This document shows, piece by piece, positions 1 to 7,667 of a stretch of 33,780 nt of DNA. The DNA lies in contig DAISKN010000003.1 in assembly GCA_036820975.1 (NCBI GenBank), forward strand, positions 1 to 33,780, read 5' to 3'. The notes under the pieces were generated by a model. That model saw only the letters and a list, made by a program, of their open reading frames with translations, was not told where the DNA came from and did no database searches. The stretch's first letter is position 1. Each line of letters opens with the position of its first letter. The position numbers were made by a program, and so were the translations under genes. This DNA comes from Acidobacteriota bacterium (GTDB taxonomy: Bacteria; Acidobacteriota; Vicinamibacteria; Marinacidobacterales; SMYC01).

Positions 1-706
1 CCCGATCGCAGAGCTCCCGAAGCCCGCGGAGAAACCCTTCCGCCGGCGGAACCACTCCCATGTTGCCCGCGACCGGCTCCACGATGAGCGCCGCGATGCG
101 GCCGCTCTGCGATTCGAAAACGCGCGCGACCGAGTCGAGGTCGTTATAGCGGGCGATTGCGGTGAGAGAGGCGAGCGCCGCGGGGACGCCGGGGCTGTCG
201 GGCACTCCGAACGTGAGCGCGCCCGAGCCGGCGCGAATGAGGAAGGAATCTCCATGACCGTGATAGCAGCCCTCGAACTTGAGGATGCCGTCCCGTCCCG
301 TCGCCGCGCGCGCCAGCCGGATCGCGGACATCGTCGCTTCGGTCCCCGAGCTCACCATCCGCACCTTCTCTACGGACGGAACGAGTGCACAGACCTTCTT
401 GGCCAGCTCGAGCTCGAGCGCCGTGGGAGCGCCGAAGCTCGTGCCGCGGGTGATCGCCCCTTCGAGCGCCTCGACGACCGCGGGATGGCAGTGCCCGAGA
501 ATGAGGGGACCGTAGGCTCCGATGTAGTCGATGTACTCGCGTCCGTCCTCGTCCCGGATCCGCGAGCCCTTCCCCGAGACGATGAATCGGGGAGCGAGGC
601 CGATACCCCGGAAGGCGCGCACCGGCGAGTTGACCCCTCCGGGCATGTACCGGAGCGACTCCCGGTAGAGCTCTTCGCTTCGATCGGTGGGATTCGAGGC
701 ACCCAT
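1..706 (-). CDS. hemL: glutamate-1-semialdehyde 2,1-aminomutase, N-terminal ~235 aa (3' part lies beyond the left window edge)
   Basis: Absent from the ORF track because it has no stop inside the window. My reverse-strand translation from the ATG (complement of 704-706) reads [105 protein letters not shown]...[39 protein letters not shown]. This is the characteristic GSA-aminomutase / class-III aminotransferase N-terminus. It sits directly downstream of hemD. Confidence 0.9.
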   Translation of the reverse strand, partial: MGASNPTDRSEELYRESLRYMPGGVNSPVRAFRGIGLAPRFIVSGKGSRIRDEDGREYIDYIGAYGPLILGHCHPAVVEALEGAITRGTSFGAPTALELELAKKVCALVPSVEKVRMVSSGTEATMSAIRLARAATGRDGILKFEGCYHGHGDSFLIRAGSGALTFGVPDSPGVPAALASLTAIARYNDLDSVARVFESQSGRIAALIVEPVAGNMGVVPPAEGFLRGLRELCDR

Positions 707-720
707 GAGGTCGGAGGATA

Positions 721-1500
721 TCAGTTCCCGCGGTAGTGCCGCAGGATGGCCTCGACCAGACCCTCGGTCGTGAACCGCTCCGCTTCGACCGTGGGCGTGA
801 CCCCGAGCTCGCGCAGCGCTCTCGAGGTGATGGGGCCGATGCTGGCCGCACGGGCGCGGCTCTCGACGGCGCGAGGATCCACTTTGGCGAAGAAGCTTCT
901 GGCGGTCGAGGCGGAGGTGAACGTCACCATGTCCACCTCGCCCCGCTCGACCAGCTCCGACGCCCGTCGCATCTCCACGTCGTTTCTCACGGTGCGATAG
1001 GCGACGACCACATCGACGACCGCCCCCGCGGCTCTCAGCAGCTCCGGAAGCGCCTCCCGGGCGATGTCGGCGCGCGGAAGGAGGAAGCGCTTTCCCGATA
1101 GCTCACCGCGTCCGGCGATCGCGCGAAAGACCTCCTCGGCCACGTACTTCTCGGGCACGACGTCCGCTTCGAGCCCCCGTTCGCGCAGGCTCTCCGCGGT
1201 CGCGGGGCCGATGGCGGCGAGCTTCGGGGAAGACGGGAGCGCCTCCGGCAGCACCTCGGAGAGCCGGTCGAAGAACGCCTCGACGCCGTTGACGCTGGTG
1301 AACACCACCCAGTCGTAGGTCGCGAGCCGGCGGATGGCCTCGTCGAGCGGCCGGAAGTCGGAGGGGGGCTCGATCTCGATCGCGGGGGCCTCCACCACCG
1401 TGGCCCCGAACCGGCGGAGCGCGTCGGCCAGCGGCCGGGACTGGCGGCGCGGGCGAGTCACCAGAATGGTGCGTCCCGAGAGAGGAAGCGGCTCCGTCAC
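721..1500 (-). CDS. hemD: uroporphyrinogen-III synthase
   Basis: The C-terminal 260 aa of track ORF 721..1725 ([46 protein letters not shown]...[13 protein letters not shown]...[13 protein letters not shown]) show the duplicated HemD fold motifs. I place the start at the GTG (complement of 1498-1500), which overlaps the hemC stop as GTGA. The Arg/Pro-rich 75 aa upstream in the track ORF overlap hemC and look non-coding. Confidence 0.8.
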   Translation of the reverse strand: MTEPLPLSGRTILVTRPRRQSRPLADALRRFGATVVEAPAIEIEPPSDFRPLDEAIRRLATYDWVVFTSVNGVEAFFDRLSEVLPEALPSSPKLAAIGPATAESLRERGLEADVVPEKYVAEEVFRAIAGRGELSGKRFLLPRADIAREALPELLRAAGAVVDVVVAYRTVRNDVEMRRASELVERGEVDMVTFTSASTARSFFAKVDPRAVESRARAASIGPITSRALRELGVTPTVEAERFTTEGLVEAILRHYRGN

Positions 1501-2441
1501 GCGGTCCCTCCGGACTTCTCCATCGGGCCCATCGGGCCGATGATCGCGGCGGCTCCCTCGCCGAGCATCGACTCCGCGAGCTCGAGGCCGAGGTCCTCCG
1601 CCCGGGAGGCATCGCCCTCGATCTCGCGCCGGAGGTGGCGGCTCCCGTCGACGGCGCCGACGTAGCCCCGAAGCGAAAGCCTGCCGTTTCGAATCTCGGC
1701 ATAAGCGGCGATGGGCACCCGGCATCCGCCTTCGAGCCGCGCCAGGAAGGAACGCTCCGAGACCACGGCTCGTTCCGTGGGAGCGTGGCTCAGGAACGAG
1801 ACCCTCTCCGCAAGGTCGCTATCCGATGCCCGGATCTCGACGGCGAGAGCGCCCTGCCCCACGGCGGGGATCATGCTCTCGACGGGTATGTAGGACCGGA
1901 TGCGGGCCGCCAGGCCGAGCCGCGCGAGCCCCGCTCCGGCGAGAACGATCGCGTCCCAGGTCGAGCCGTCGAATTTCTCGAGCCGCGTGGGCACGTTTCC
2001 CCGGAGGTCTTCGACGTTCAGGTCGGGCCGGAGAGCGAGGAGCTGGGAGCGTCGTCTCAGGCTTCCCGTGGCCACCGTTCCGCCTCGCGGCAGCGTCTCG
2101 AGGCTCGAAGCGCTCCGCGCCACGAGGACGTCCCGCGGATCGGCTCGTTCCGTCGTGGCGGCGAGCGCGAGGCCGCTCGTGACCTTCGACGGAAGATCCT
2201 TCATGCTGTGGACCGCGAGGTCGACGCGCTTCTCGAGAAGCGCGGTCTCGATCTCCTTGACGAAGACGCCGGCGCCGCCGATGGCGCTGAGGGGGCGATC
2301 GAGGACTTTGTCTCCCTGGGTGTGGATGATCTCGACCTCGACCTCGACGTCGGGGTGCTTCTCGCGGATGGCGTCGGCGATCGACCGGGTTTGGACGAGG
2401 GCCAGACGACTCCCGCGGGTTCCGATGCGAATTCGGCGCAT
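1497..2441 (-). CDS. hemC: hydroxymethylbilane synthase (porphobilinogen deaminase)
   Basis: 314-aa ORF beginning MRRIRIGTRGSRLALVQTRSIADAIREKHPDVEVEVEIIHTQGDKVLDRPLSAIGGAGVFVKEIETALLEKRVDLAVHSMKDLP, the canonical HemC N-terminal signature, in a hem gene context. Confidence 0.95.
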   Translation of the reverse strand: MRRIRIGTRGSRLALVQTRSIADAIREKHPDVEVEVEIIHTQGDKVLDRPLSAIGGAGVFVKEIETALLEKRVDLAVHSMKDLPSKVTSGLALAATTERADPRDVLVARSASSLETLPRGGTVATGSLRRRSQLLALRPDLNVEDLRGNVPTRLEKFDGSTWDAIVLAGAGLARLGLAARIRSYIPVESMIPAVGQGALAVEIRASDSDLAERVSFLSHAPTERAVVSERSFLARLEGGCRVPIAAYAEIRNGRLSLRGYVGAVDGSRHLRREIEGDASRAEDLGLELAESMLGEGAAAIIGPMGPMEKSGGTA

Positions 2442-2454
2442 GGGCTACGAATCC

Positions 2455-2640
2455 GGAAGGAACGCAAAGGCGCTAGGAGCGCAGGGGCGCAAAGAAGGAA
2501 ATCCAACACGGGAGGCCGCGTGGACGGGAAGAGACGGGGAGATAAACCGCCCAATCAGGTCCTGATGCATCTCCCCATCCCGTGGTGTTTCTTCTTCGCG
2601 CCTTTGCATCTTTGCGCCTTTGCGTTCAGTCCCCGTTCCA
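2455..2640. repeat. ~185-bp imperfect palindrome (long extended hairpin) filling the hemA-hemC spacer
   Basis: Perfect 14-bp arms: gaacgcaaaggcgc (2460-2473) pairs with gcgcctttgcgttc (2614-2627). Further paired blocks lie inside, including ggcgc/aagaag/cacgg segments around 2486-2511 versus 2580-2606 and ggggagat (2536-2543) versus atctcccc (2569-2576). The apical palindrome is atcagg-t-cctgat (2554-2566). The GCAAAGGCGC-type motif recurs four times across the two arms. Confidence 0.7.
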
Positions 2641-2656
2641 AGCCTGTGCCGAGGGC

Positions 2657-3937
2657 CTACTCCTCGTCGTCGCCGCGAGTCCGATCGAGGTCGAAGGCTT
2701 CATACAGCGTGTCGATGCGCAGCGCCCCCAGATCCCCCTCGTCGCTCCACTCCCGGACGCGGCTCATTACCGGGTGCAGGATCTTGTTGACCAGGCTCTC
2801 GGTAAGGCGGTCCACCTGTTCGCGGTCGGCGGCGCAGAAACGCTTGCGGTGGCGCTCGACTTCCTGCGAGCGGAGCTCCTCCACCCTTTCGCGCAGCCTC
2901 TTGATGATCGGCGTCGCCGCCAGCGAGCCTCGCCAGGCGATGAAGGCCTCGACCTCGTGCTCGACGATGGTCTCGGCTTTCGGGATCTCGGCGCGCCTCT
3001 TGACCAGGTTGCGGTCGACGAGGAGGTTCATGTCGTCGATGTCGTGAAGGAAGACCCCGTCCAGCTCGCCGATCGAAGCCTCGAAGTCCCGGGGGACGGC
3101 GATGTCGATGATGAAGATGGGCTTGCCCGCGCGCTTGCCGACGATCGACTGCATGGCGCTTCGAGCCACGATCGGCGTGGTGGCTCCGGTCGAGCTGATG
3201 GCGATGTCGGCCGAGGCGAGGGCGGACGACAGCCGGTCGAGGGGCACCGCCGTTCCCCCCAGCTCCCGCGCCAGCACCTCCGCCTTGCTGAACGTCCGGT
3301 TCGCGATGGTCAGCTTTCGGACGCCCCGCTCGACCATGTGCCGGGCGGTGAGCGTTCCCATCTCCCCGACGCCGATAAGGAGGACCGACCGGGCCGAGAG
3401 ATCCTCGAAGATCTTTCCCGCGAGCTCCGCCGCCGCGCTCGCGACCGAGACCGCTCCCGCGCCGAGGGTGGTCTCGTTGCGAACCCGCCGGCCCACCAGA
3501 ATGGCGCTCTGGAGGAGGCGGTTCATCGTGAGGCCGCAGGCGCCGCTCTCGAGGGCGAGCTCGTGGGCGCGCCGGACCTGGCCCAGGATCTGCGACTCGC
3601 CCAGTACCAGCGAATCGAGGCCGGCGGCGACGCGCAGGAGGTGGCGGACCGACTCCAGCTTGGTGAGCGTGTAGGCGTAGCCGGGATGGGCGGTCAGGTC
3701 CACTTGCTTGGCCGCGGCGATGAGACCGCGGATGTACATTTCGGCGGCCCCGTTGTCCGTCGAAAGGCCGTAGAACTCCGTCCGATTGCAAGTAGATAGA
3801 AGGATGGCCTCCGAGAGCACCTGCTCGTTCCGCGCGCGCGCGAGCGCTGCCTGGACCTCGGCGTCGTCGAAAGCCACTCGCTCGCGCACGTCGAGCGGCG
3901 CCGTGCGGTGGTTGAGCCCGACGACGATGAGGTCCAT
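2657..3937 (-). CDS. hemA: glutamyl-tRNA reductase
   Basis: 426-aa ORF with MDLIVVGLNHRTAPLDVRERVAF...LSTCNRTEFY (catalytic Cys motif) and an NADPH-binding GVGEMG segment. Confidence 0.95.
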   Translation of the reverse strand: MDLIVVGLNHRTAPLDVRERVAFDDAEVQAALARARNEQVLSEAILLSTCNRTEFYGLSTDNGAAEMYIRGLIAAAKQVDLTAHPGYAYTLTKLESVRHLLRVAAGLDSLVLGESQILGQVRRAHELALESGACGLTMNRLLQSAILVGRRVRNETTLGAGAVSVASAAAELAGKIFEDLSARSVLLIGVGEMGTLTARHMVERGVRKLTIANRTFSKAEVLARELGGTAVPLDRLSSALASADIAISSTGATTPIVARSAMQSIVGKRAGKPIFIIDIAVPRDFEASIGELDGVFLHDIDDMNLLVDRNLVKRRAEIPKAETIVEHEVEAFIAWRGSLAATPIIKRLRERVEELRSQEVERHRKRFCAADREQVDRLTESLVNKILHPVMSRVREWSDEGDLGALRIDTLYEAFDLDRTRGDDEE

Positions 3938-4034
3938 CTCTAGTGCGCGCGCGCTCCTCGCGCACGCGCCCCCCGGATGGGGCCCTCCGGGCCCCGTCGC
4001 TCCGCTCGCTGTGGCTGCTTCATCCGCGTCCTAG

Positions 4035-4859
4035 CTAGACGAACACGTGAAACCGCGTGAGGATCAGGTTCACGATCACCAGGGAGAAGAGAATCACGGT
4101 GAACCCGGCGATGGAGGTGAAGGCGACGCGTTTGGGCGACCAGCCCCAGAGGCGGCTCGCGCCGAGCCCCAGGCTGTAGATGAGCCAGGCGATGAGCGTG
4201 GTCATGAGCTTCGGGTCCCAGCTCCAGTACGTGCCGTAGACCTTCATCAGGAGCGCGAACCCGCCGACCATGGCCACCGTCAGGAACAGCAGCCCGAGAG
4301 ACGCGGAACGGTAGGTGAAGCTCGCCATGATCTCGAGCGAGGGGAGCTGCTTGTAGAGAAGTCCGAAGCGATGCTTCTTGATGTCGTAGAAGAGCATCAG
4401 GTAGAGGAGCCCGTAGACCGCCGAGACGGCGAGGCCGGAGTAGCCGAGAAGCGCGGAGAAGACGTGGAGCATGAACGCCGGCTCCCAGAGGAGCGTGCTG
4501 AAAGTCTCGGGCGGCTCGACGAACGCCGAGGAGACGAGCTGAAAGGCGAAGACGATTCCGAGGATGAAGAATCCCGTGGTGCGAACGCCGATCCGGGCCT
4601 CGCTCAGCAGGTAGAGCGTGGCCACCGAAAAGGCGAGGACGGAGTTCGCCTCGAACACGCTCGCAATGGGGAAGTGGTGGTACGAGACCGTCCAGAGCGC
4701 GAGAAAGAGGCCGTGCAGCACCACGGTGATGCGGAGCAGGAGAGGCGCGGTCTTCTCGGCGAAGGGGTCGTTCCGGAAGAACAGAAGCGCGTAGTCCGCC
4801 CACAGGAGCGCGTACAGCGTCGGAAGAATGCTGTTGAAGGCGTTGAGGATCCCGGGCAC
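4035..4859 (-). CDS. CcsA/HemX-type cytochrome c assembly family integral membrane protein
   Basis: 274-aa polytopic membrane ORF with a Trp-rich motif (YGTYWSWDPK) resembling the WWD haem-handling motif of the Cytochrom_C_asm family. It lies immediately upstream of hemA, comparable to hemX in Bacillus hemAXCDBL. Confidence 0.75.
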   Translation of the reverse strand: MPGILNAFNSILPTLYALLWADYALLFFRNDPFAEKTAPLLLRITVVLHGLFLALWTVSYHHFPIASVFEANSVLAFSVATLYLLSEARIGVRTTGFFILGIVFAFQLVSSAFVEPPETFSTLLWEPAFMLHVFSALLGYSGLAVSAVYGLLYLMLFYDIKKHRFGLLYKQLPSLEIMASFTYRSASLGLLFLTVAMVGGFALLMKVYGTYWSWDPKLMTTLIAWLIYSLGLGASRLWGWSPKRVAFTSIAGFTVILFSLVIVNLILTRFHVFV

Positions 4860-5120
4860 GACGGTTCACTATAGAGCCGGCCCCATTCGCGGTGCAACGC
4901 GCCGCCGCGAGCGTCAATCTCGAATCCCCGGCAGAACGGGCACGGCCGCCTACGCGACGTTTCGGCGAGCCTCGCCGGAGCCCAAAGGGCGGAGGCGGGA
5001 GGGCCCGGGATTTGGCGCTGGGGATGGGGCCCCAGCGCGTTAAAGAAAGAAAGATTGACACCGATGTTACGATTCTCGGCACCCTCGGGGGAGGGTTCCT
5101 AAAAAATCGGAGAGCTCGGA

Positions 5121-6836
5121 ATGCGAAAGCGTTGGAGCGGCCTCTTTGTCGCGGTGCTGGCTCTGTCCTGCCGGCAGAGCCCGCCGCCTACCGACGAGAC
5201 GGTTCTGCGGGTAGCCATCCATACCGACCCCCAGACCTGGAATCGACTGCTGGCGTCGGACCGGGTGTCGCACGTGGTCTCCGATCAGCTGCACGAACCC
5301 CTCCTGAGGCTCAACCCCCAGACCCAGCGGATGGAGCCCGCGCTCGCGGAGTCTTGGGAGTTCTCCCCGGACGGAACGACGCTCGTCTTTCACCTGCGTA
5401 AGGGAGTGCGCTTCTCCGACGGCGATCCCTTTGGCGCGAGGGACGTTGCCTTCACTTTCGAAGCGCTCTACGAGCCGTCGACCGCGAGCCCGCTGGCCGA
5501 GACCGCGCAGATCGACGGGAAGCCCTTCGGAGTCCAGGTCATCGACGATTCGACGGTGGCCTTCACCCTTCCCCGGCGGACTGCGGCGGTGGAGCGTGTC
5601 TTCGACAGCATTGCCATTCTCCCGTCGCACGTCCTGGAAGAAAGCCTCGAGCGGCGGACGCTCGCCGCCGATACCGGACTCGGAGCCGATCCCCGGCGCA
5701 TCGTCGGGCTCGGCCCCTTCGTCCTCAGAGACCACGTGCCGGGAGCGAGGATCGTCCTCGAGCGGAATCCCCACTACTGGAGGACGGAGGACGAGCGGGG
5801 TCAAATTCCGCGGCTCGAGCGTCTGGTTTTCGAGATCGTGCCCGACGAGAACGCGCGACTCCTGCGCTTTCGCTCGGGTGAGATCGATATTCTCGAGCCC
5901 ATGACCGCGGAGTCCTTCGAGTGGCTTCGAGACGATCGGGACCTCGAGCGCGAGCTCCTCGATCTCGGCCCCGGTCTGCTCTCGGAGCGGCTCTGGTTCA
6001 ACCTCGGCCCGAAGGCGCCCATCGAAGAGCACAAGAAGGAATGGTTCGCGGACGTGCGCTTCCGACGCGCGGTCTCGCTCGCGATCGACCGCCAGGGTAT
6101 GGCCCGGGTCGTGTTCTCCGGGCGCGCGACGCCCGCCGCGGGACCGGTCTCTCCCTCGAACTCGCTGTGGCACGACGAATCGCTTCCGCAGGCCGCTTAC
6201 GATCCGGAAGCGGCGAGAAGGCTGCTCTCCCAGGCGGGCTTCCGCTGGGACGAGGACGGAAGTCTCCGTGATCGGGAGGGCCGGGAAGTCAGCTTCACGG
6301 TAGTGACCAACGCCGGGAACGCGTCGCACGCCCGCATGGGCGCTTTCATCCAGGAGGACCTGGCGAGGATCGGGATCGAGGCTCCCACGATGGTCGTCGA
6401 AGCCGCGAGCCTCTTCGCGCGAATCACGGGAAGTTACGACTACGACGCCTGTCTCCTCGGTATCACTCAAACCGATCCCGACCCCTCGGCGGAAATGGCG
6501 CTCTGGCTGAGCCGCGCCCCGCTTCACTTGTGGAACCCGCAGCAGGAAACGCCCGCGACCGCCTGGGAGGCCCGCATCGACGAGCTCATGGAGGGTCAGA
6601 TGGGCGAGCTCGACGCCGAAGTGCGGCGGGCAATGTACTTCGAGGTCCAGCGAATCGTCTACGAACAGCTTCCGGTCCTGGATCTCGTGGTGCCGCACGC
6701 GCTTCTGGGCGCGAACGCTCGCGTTTCGAACCTGCGGCCGACGCCGTTCGCTCACGCCTTATGGAATGGCGAGGAGCTTTCAATCGGCGATGGGGGCGCG
6801 AAAGTCACGCGGAGAATACGTGATTCACGTCACTGA
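5121..6836 (+). CDS. ABC transporter substrate-binding protein, family 5 (peptide/nickel, OppA/DppA-like), probable lipoprotein
   Basis: 571-aa ORF with an N-terminal signal ending ...VLALSC and family-5 SBP hallmarks (LRVAIHTDPQTWN..., ESWEFSPDGTTLVFHLRKGVRFSDGDPFGARDVAFTFE). GGAG lies 8 nt upstream of the ATG. Confidence 0.9.
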   Translation: MRKRWSGLFVAVLALSCRQSPPPTDETVLRVAIHTDPQTWNRLLASDRVSHVVSDQLHEPLLRLNPQTQRMEPALAESWEFSPDGTTLVFHLRKGVRFSDGDPFGARDVAFTFEALYEPSTASPLAETAQIDGKPFGVQVIDDSTVAFTLPRRTAAVERVFDSIAILPSHVLEESLERRTLAADTGLGADPRRIVGLGPFVLRDHVPGARIVLERNPHYWRTEDERGQIPRLERLVFEIVPDENARLLRFRSGEIDILEPMTAESFEWLRDDRDLERELLDLGPGLLSERLWFNLGPKAPIEEHKKEWFADVRFRRAVSLAIDRQGMARVVFSGRATPAAGPVSPSNSLWHDESLPQAAYDPEAARRLLSQAGFRWDEDGSLRDREGREVSFTVVTNAGNASHARMGAFIQEDLARIGIEAPTMVVEAASLFARITGSYDYDACLLGITQTDPDPSAEMALWLSRAPLHLWNPQQETPATAWEARIDELMEGQMGELDAEVRRAMYFEVQRIVYEQLPVLDLVVPHALLGANARVSNLRPTPFAHALWNGEELSIGDGGAKVTRRIRDSRH

Positions 6837-7236
6837 CATCGGAAATCAAGGGGAGTAGCTTCCCAGCCGAAAGTTCGGTTATACTGCCGGCCCAAACGAG
6901 CCGAATGGTTCACGAGCCTCACTAGGCTGCGCGAGCGAGCTGGCAAGGAGGTGACCTCGGGATAAGCTGACGAGGGACGGTCCACGAGCAGAGCGAGCTT
7001 CGCGGGATTCGAACTATTCCAAGCATCATTCCTTTCATGACCGCCCGCCCTGCCTGGAGACGACCAGTCTCGAGCGATTCCAGCATCCCACAACTATTCC
7101 ACTAGGTTCCCGGTAGAAAGTGAAGTCGTGTCGCGGCTCTGCCCGCGAGTGCGACCTTCCGTTGGAAAGGAGGAGGTCGATGCGAGGCATTCTTTGGGTT
7201 TGATGTTTTCGTTTCGAATATAGTCCTGTCGGTTCA

Positions 7237-7266
7237 TTGGAAAATGCAACGTGGTTGATTGATAAT
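7237..7266 (+). promoter_or_regulatory. sigma70-like promoter candidate for the small ORF (-35 TTGGAA, 18-nt spacer, -10 GATAAT)
   Basis: TTGGAA at 7237-7242 and GATAAT at 7261-7266, in a stretch where I counted 23 G+C in 60 nt (7201-7260). A start site shortly downstream of the -10 would leave a short 5' UTR that still contains the SD. Confidence 0.4.
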
Positions 7267-7288
7267 TCCGTTCATTAAGGAGTCGATC

Positions 7289-7381
7289 ATGGAAAATACG
7301 AAAGACGTTCGGGAAGTCGTTGAGCTCGAAATCGAGGAACTCGAAGAGCGCTCCGCACCTGGAATCATCATCGGCCTTTAA
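7289..7381 (+). CDS. hypothetical 30-aa peptide MENTKDVREVVELEIEELEERSAPGIIIGL
   Basis: Too short for the ORF track. ATG at 7289, TAA ending at 7381, AAGGAG (7277-7282) 6 nt upstream of the ATG, a promoter-like element upstream and a hairpin downstream. No homologue recognised from memory. Confidence 0.45.
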   Translation: MENTKDVREVVELEIEELEERSAPGIIIGL

Positions 7382-7440
7382 GTCTTCGCATCAGCGATTC
7401 GAATCCCACCTCATCATGAGTTCATCCCCTTAGAGAACCT

Positions 7441-7463
7441 GGAGACCCTGGGGAGCGGTCTCC
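7441..7463 (+). terminator. stem-loop downstream of the small ORF (weak intrinsic terminator candidate)
   Basis: ggagacc (7441-7447), loop ctggggagc, ggtctcc (7457-7463): a perfect 7-bp stem followed by tcgtttcc, which is only a weak T tract. Confidence 0.4.
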
Positions 7464-7667
7464 TCGTTTCCTCCCTCTCTTCGCGGCGGCGATCGCGGCC
7501 TTTCGAGTTTTATTGATTCGCCGCGCCCGTTTGTGATAGCGTCACCGCGCAGGGTTGGTTGTTCCCTTCGACTCCGGAAGGGTTGCGCTTCGCTCTCGGA
7601 CTCTTAACGTTCAAAGTTAATAAATCCCTAGGCGCTTTGCCTAGCAACCCGAGGTGCCGGAGTCAAA

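Noticed and set aside
5055-5060. Perfect TTGACA hexamer upstream of the SBP gene
   Set aside because: No acceptable -10 hexamer lies at 16-18 nt spacing (the region reads cggcac / ggcacc), so I do not call a promoter.
6967-6983. Hammerhead-like CUGACGAG box followed by ggac-g-gtcc
   Set aside because: The putative stem II would have a 1-nt loop. The obligatory GAAA box and the stem I/III partners are absent.
6830-7093. 87-aa minus-strand ORF in the AT-rich spacer
   Set aside because: It has no SD and no recognisable motif, it overlaps the SBP stop region, and its composition is unlike the real genes here. It is probably a chance ORF.
6995-7417. tRNA-like T-loop fragments: gggattcgaac at 7005-7015 (ttcgaatccc on the minus strand) and ttcgaatccc at 7397-7406 on the plus strand. 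They could be read as tRNA 3' end remnants (att-site scars) or as a 10-bp inverted repeat bracketing the small ORFs.
   Set aside because: No complementary T-stem, acceptor stem or anticodon arm can be built around either fragment. ttcgaa is itself a palindrome, and a 10-mer inverted match within ~800 bp is not far from chance. No integrase is nearby.
7464-7667. Possible c-di-GMP riboswitch (GEMM-I/II) in the leader of the HD-GYP/GGDEF gene. The leader contains cgcgcaggg and two small hairpins around 7550-7582.
   Set aside because: The conserved GEMM-I elements I remember (GCAAA receptor context, ACGCAAAGC, GNRA tetraloop arrangement) are not present. Only a covariance-model search could settle it, and I cannot support the call.
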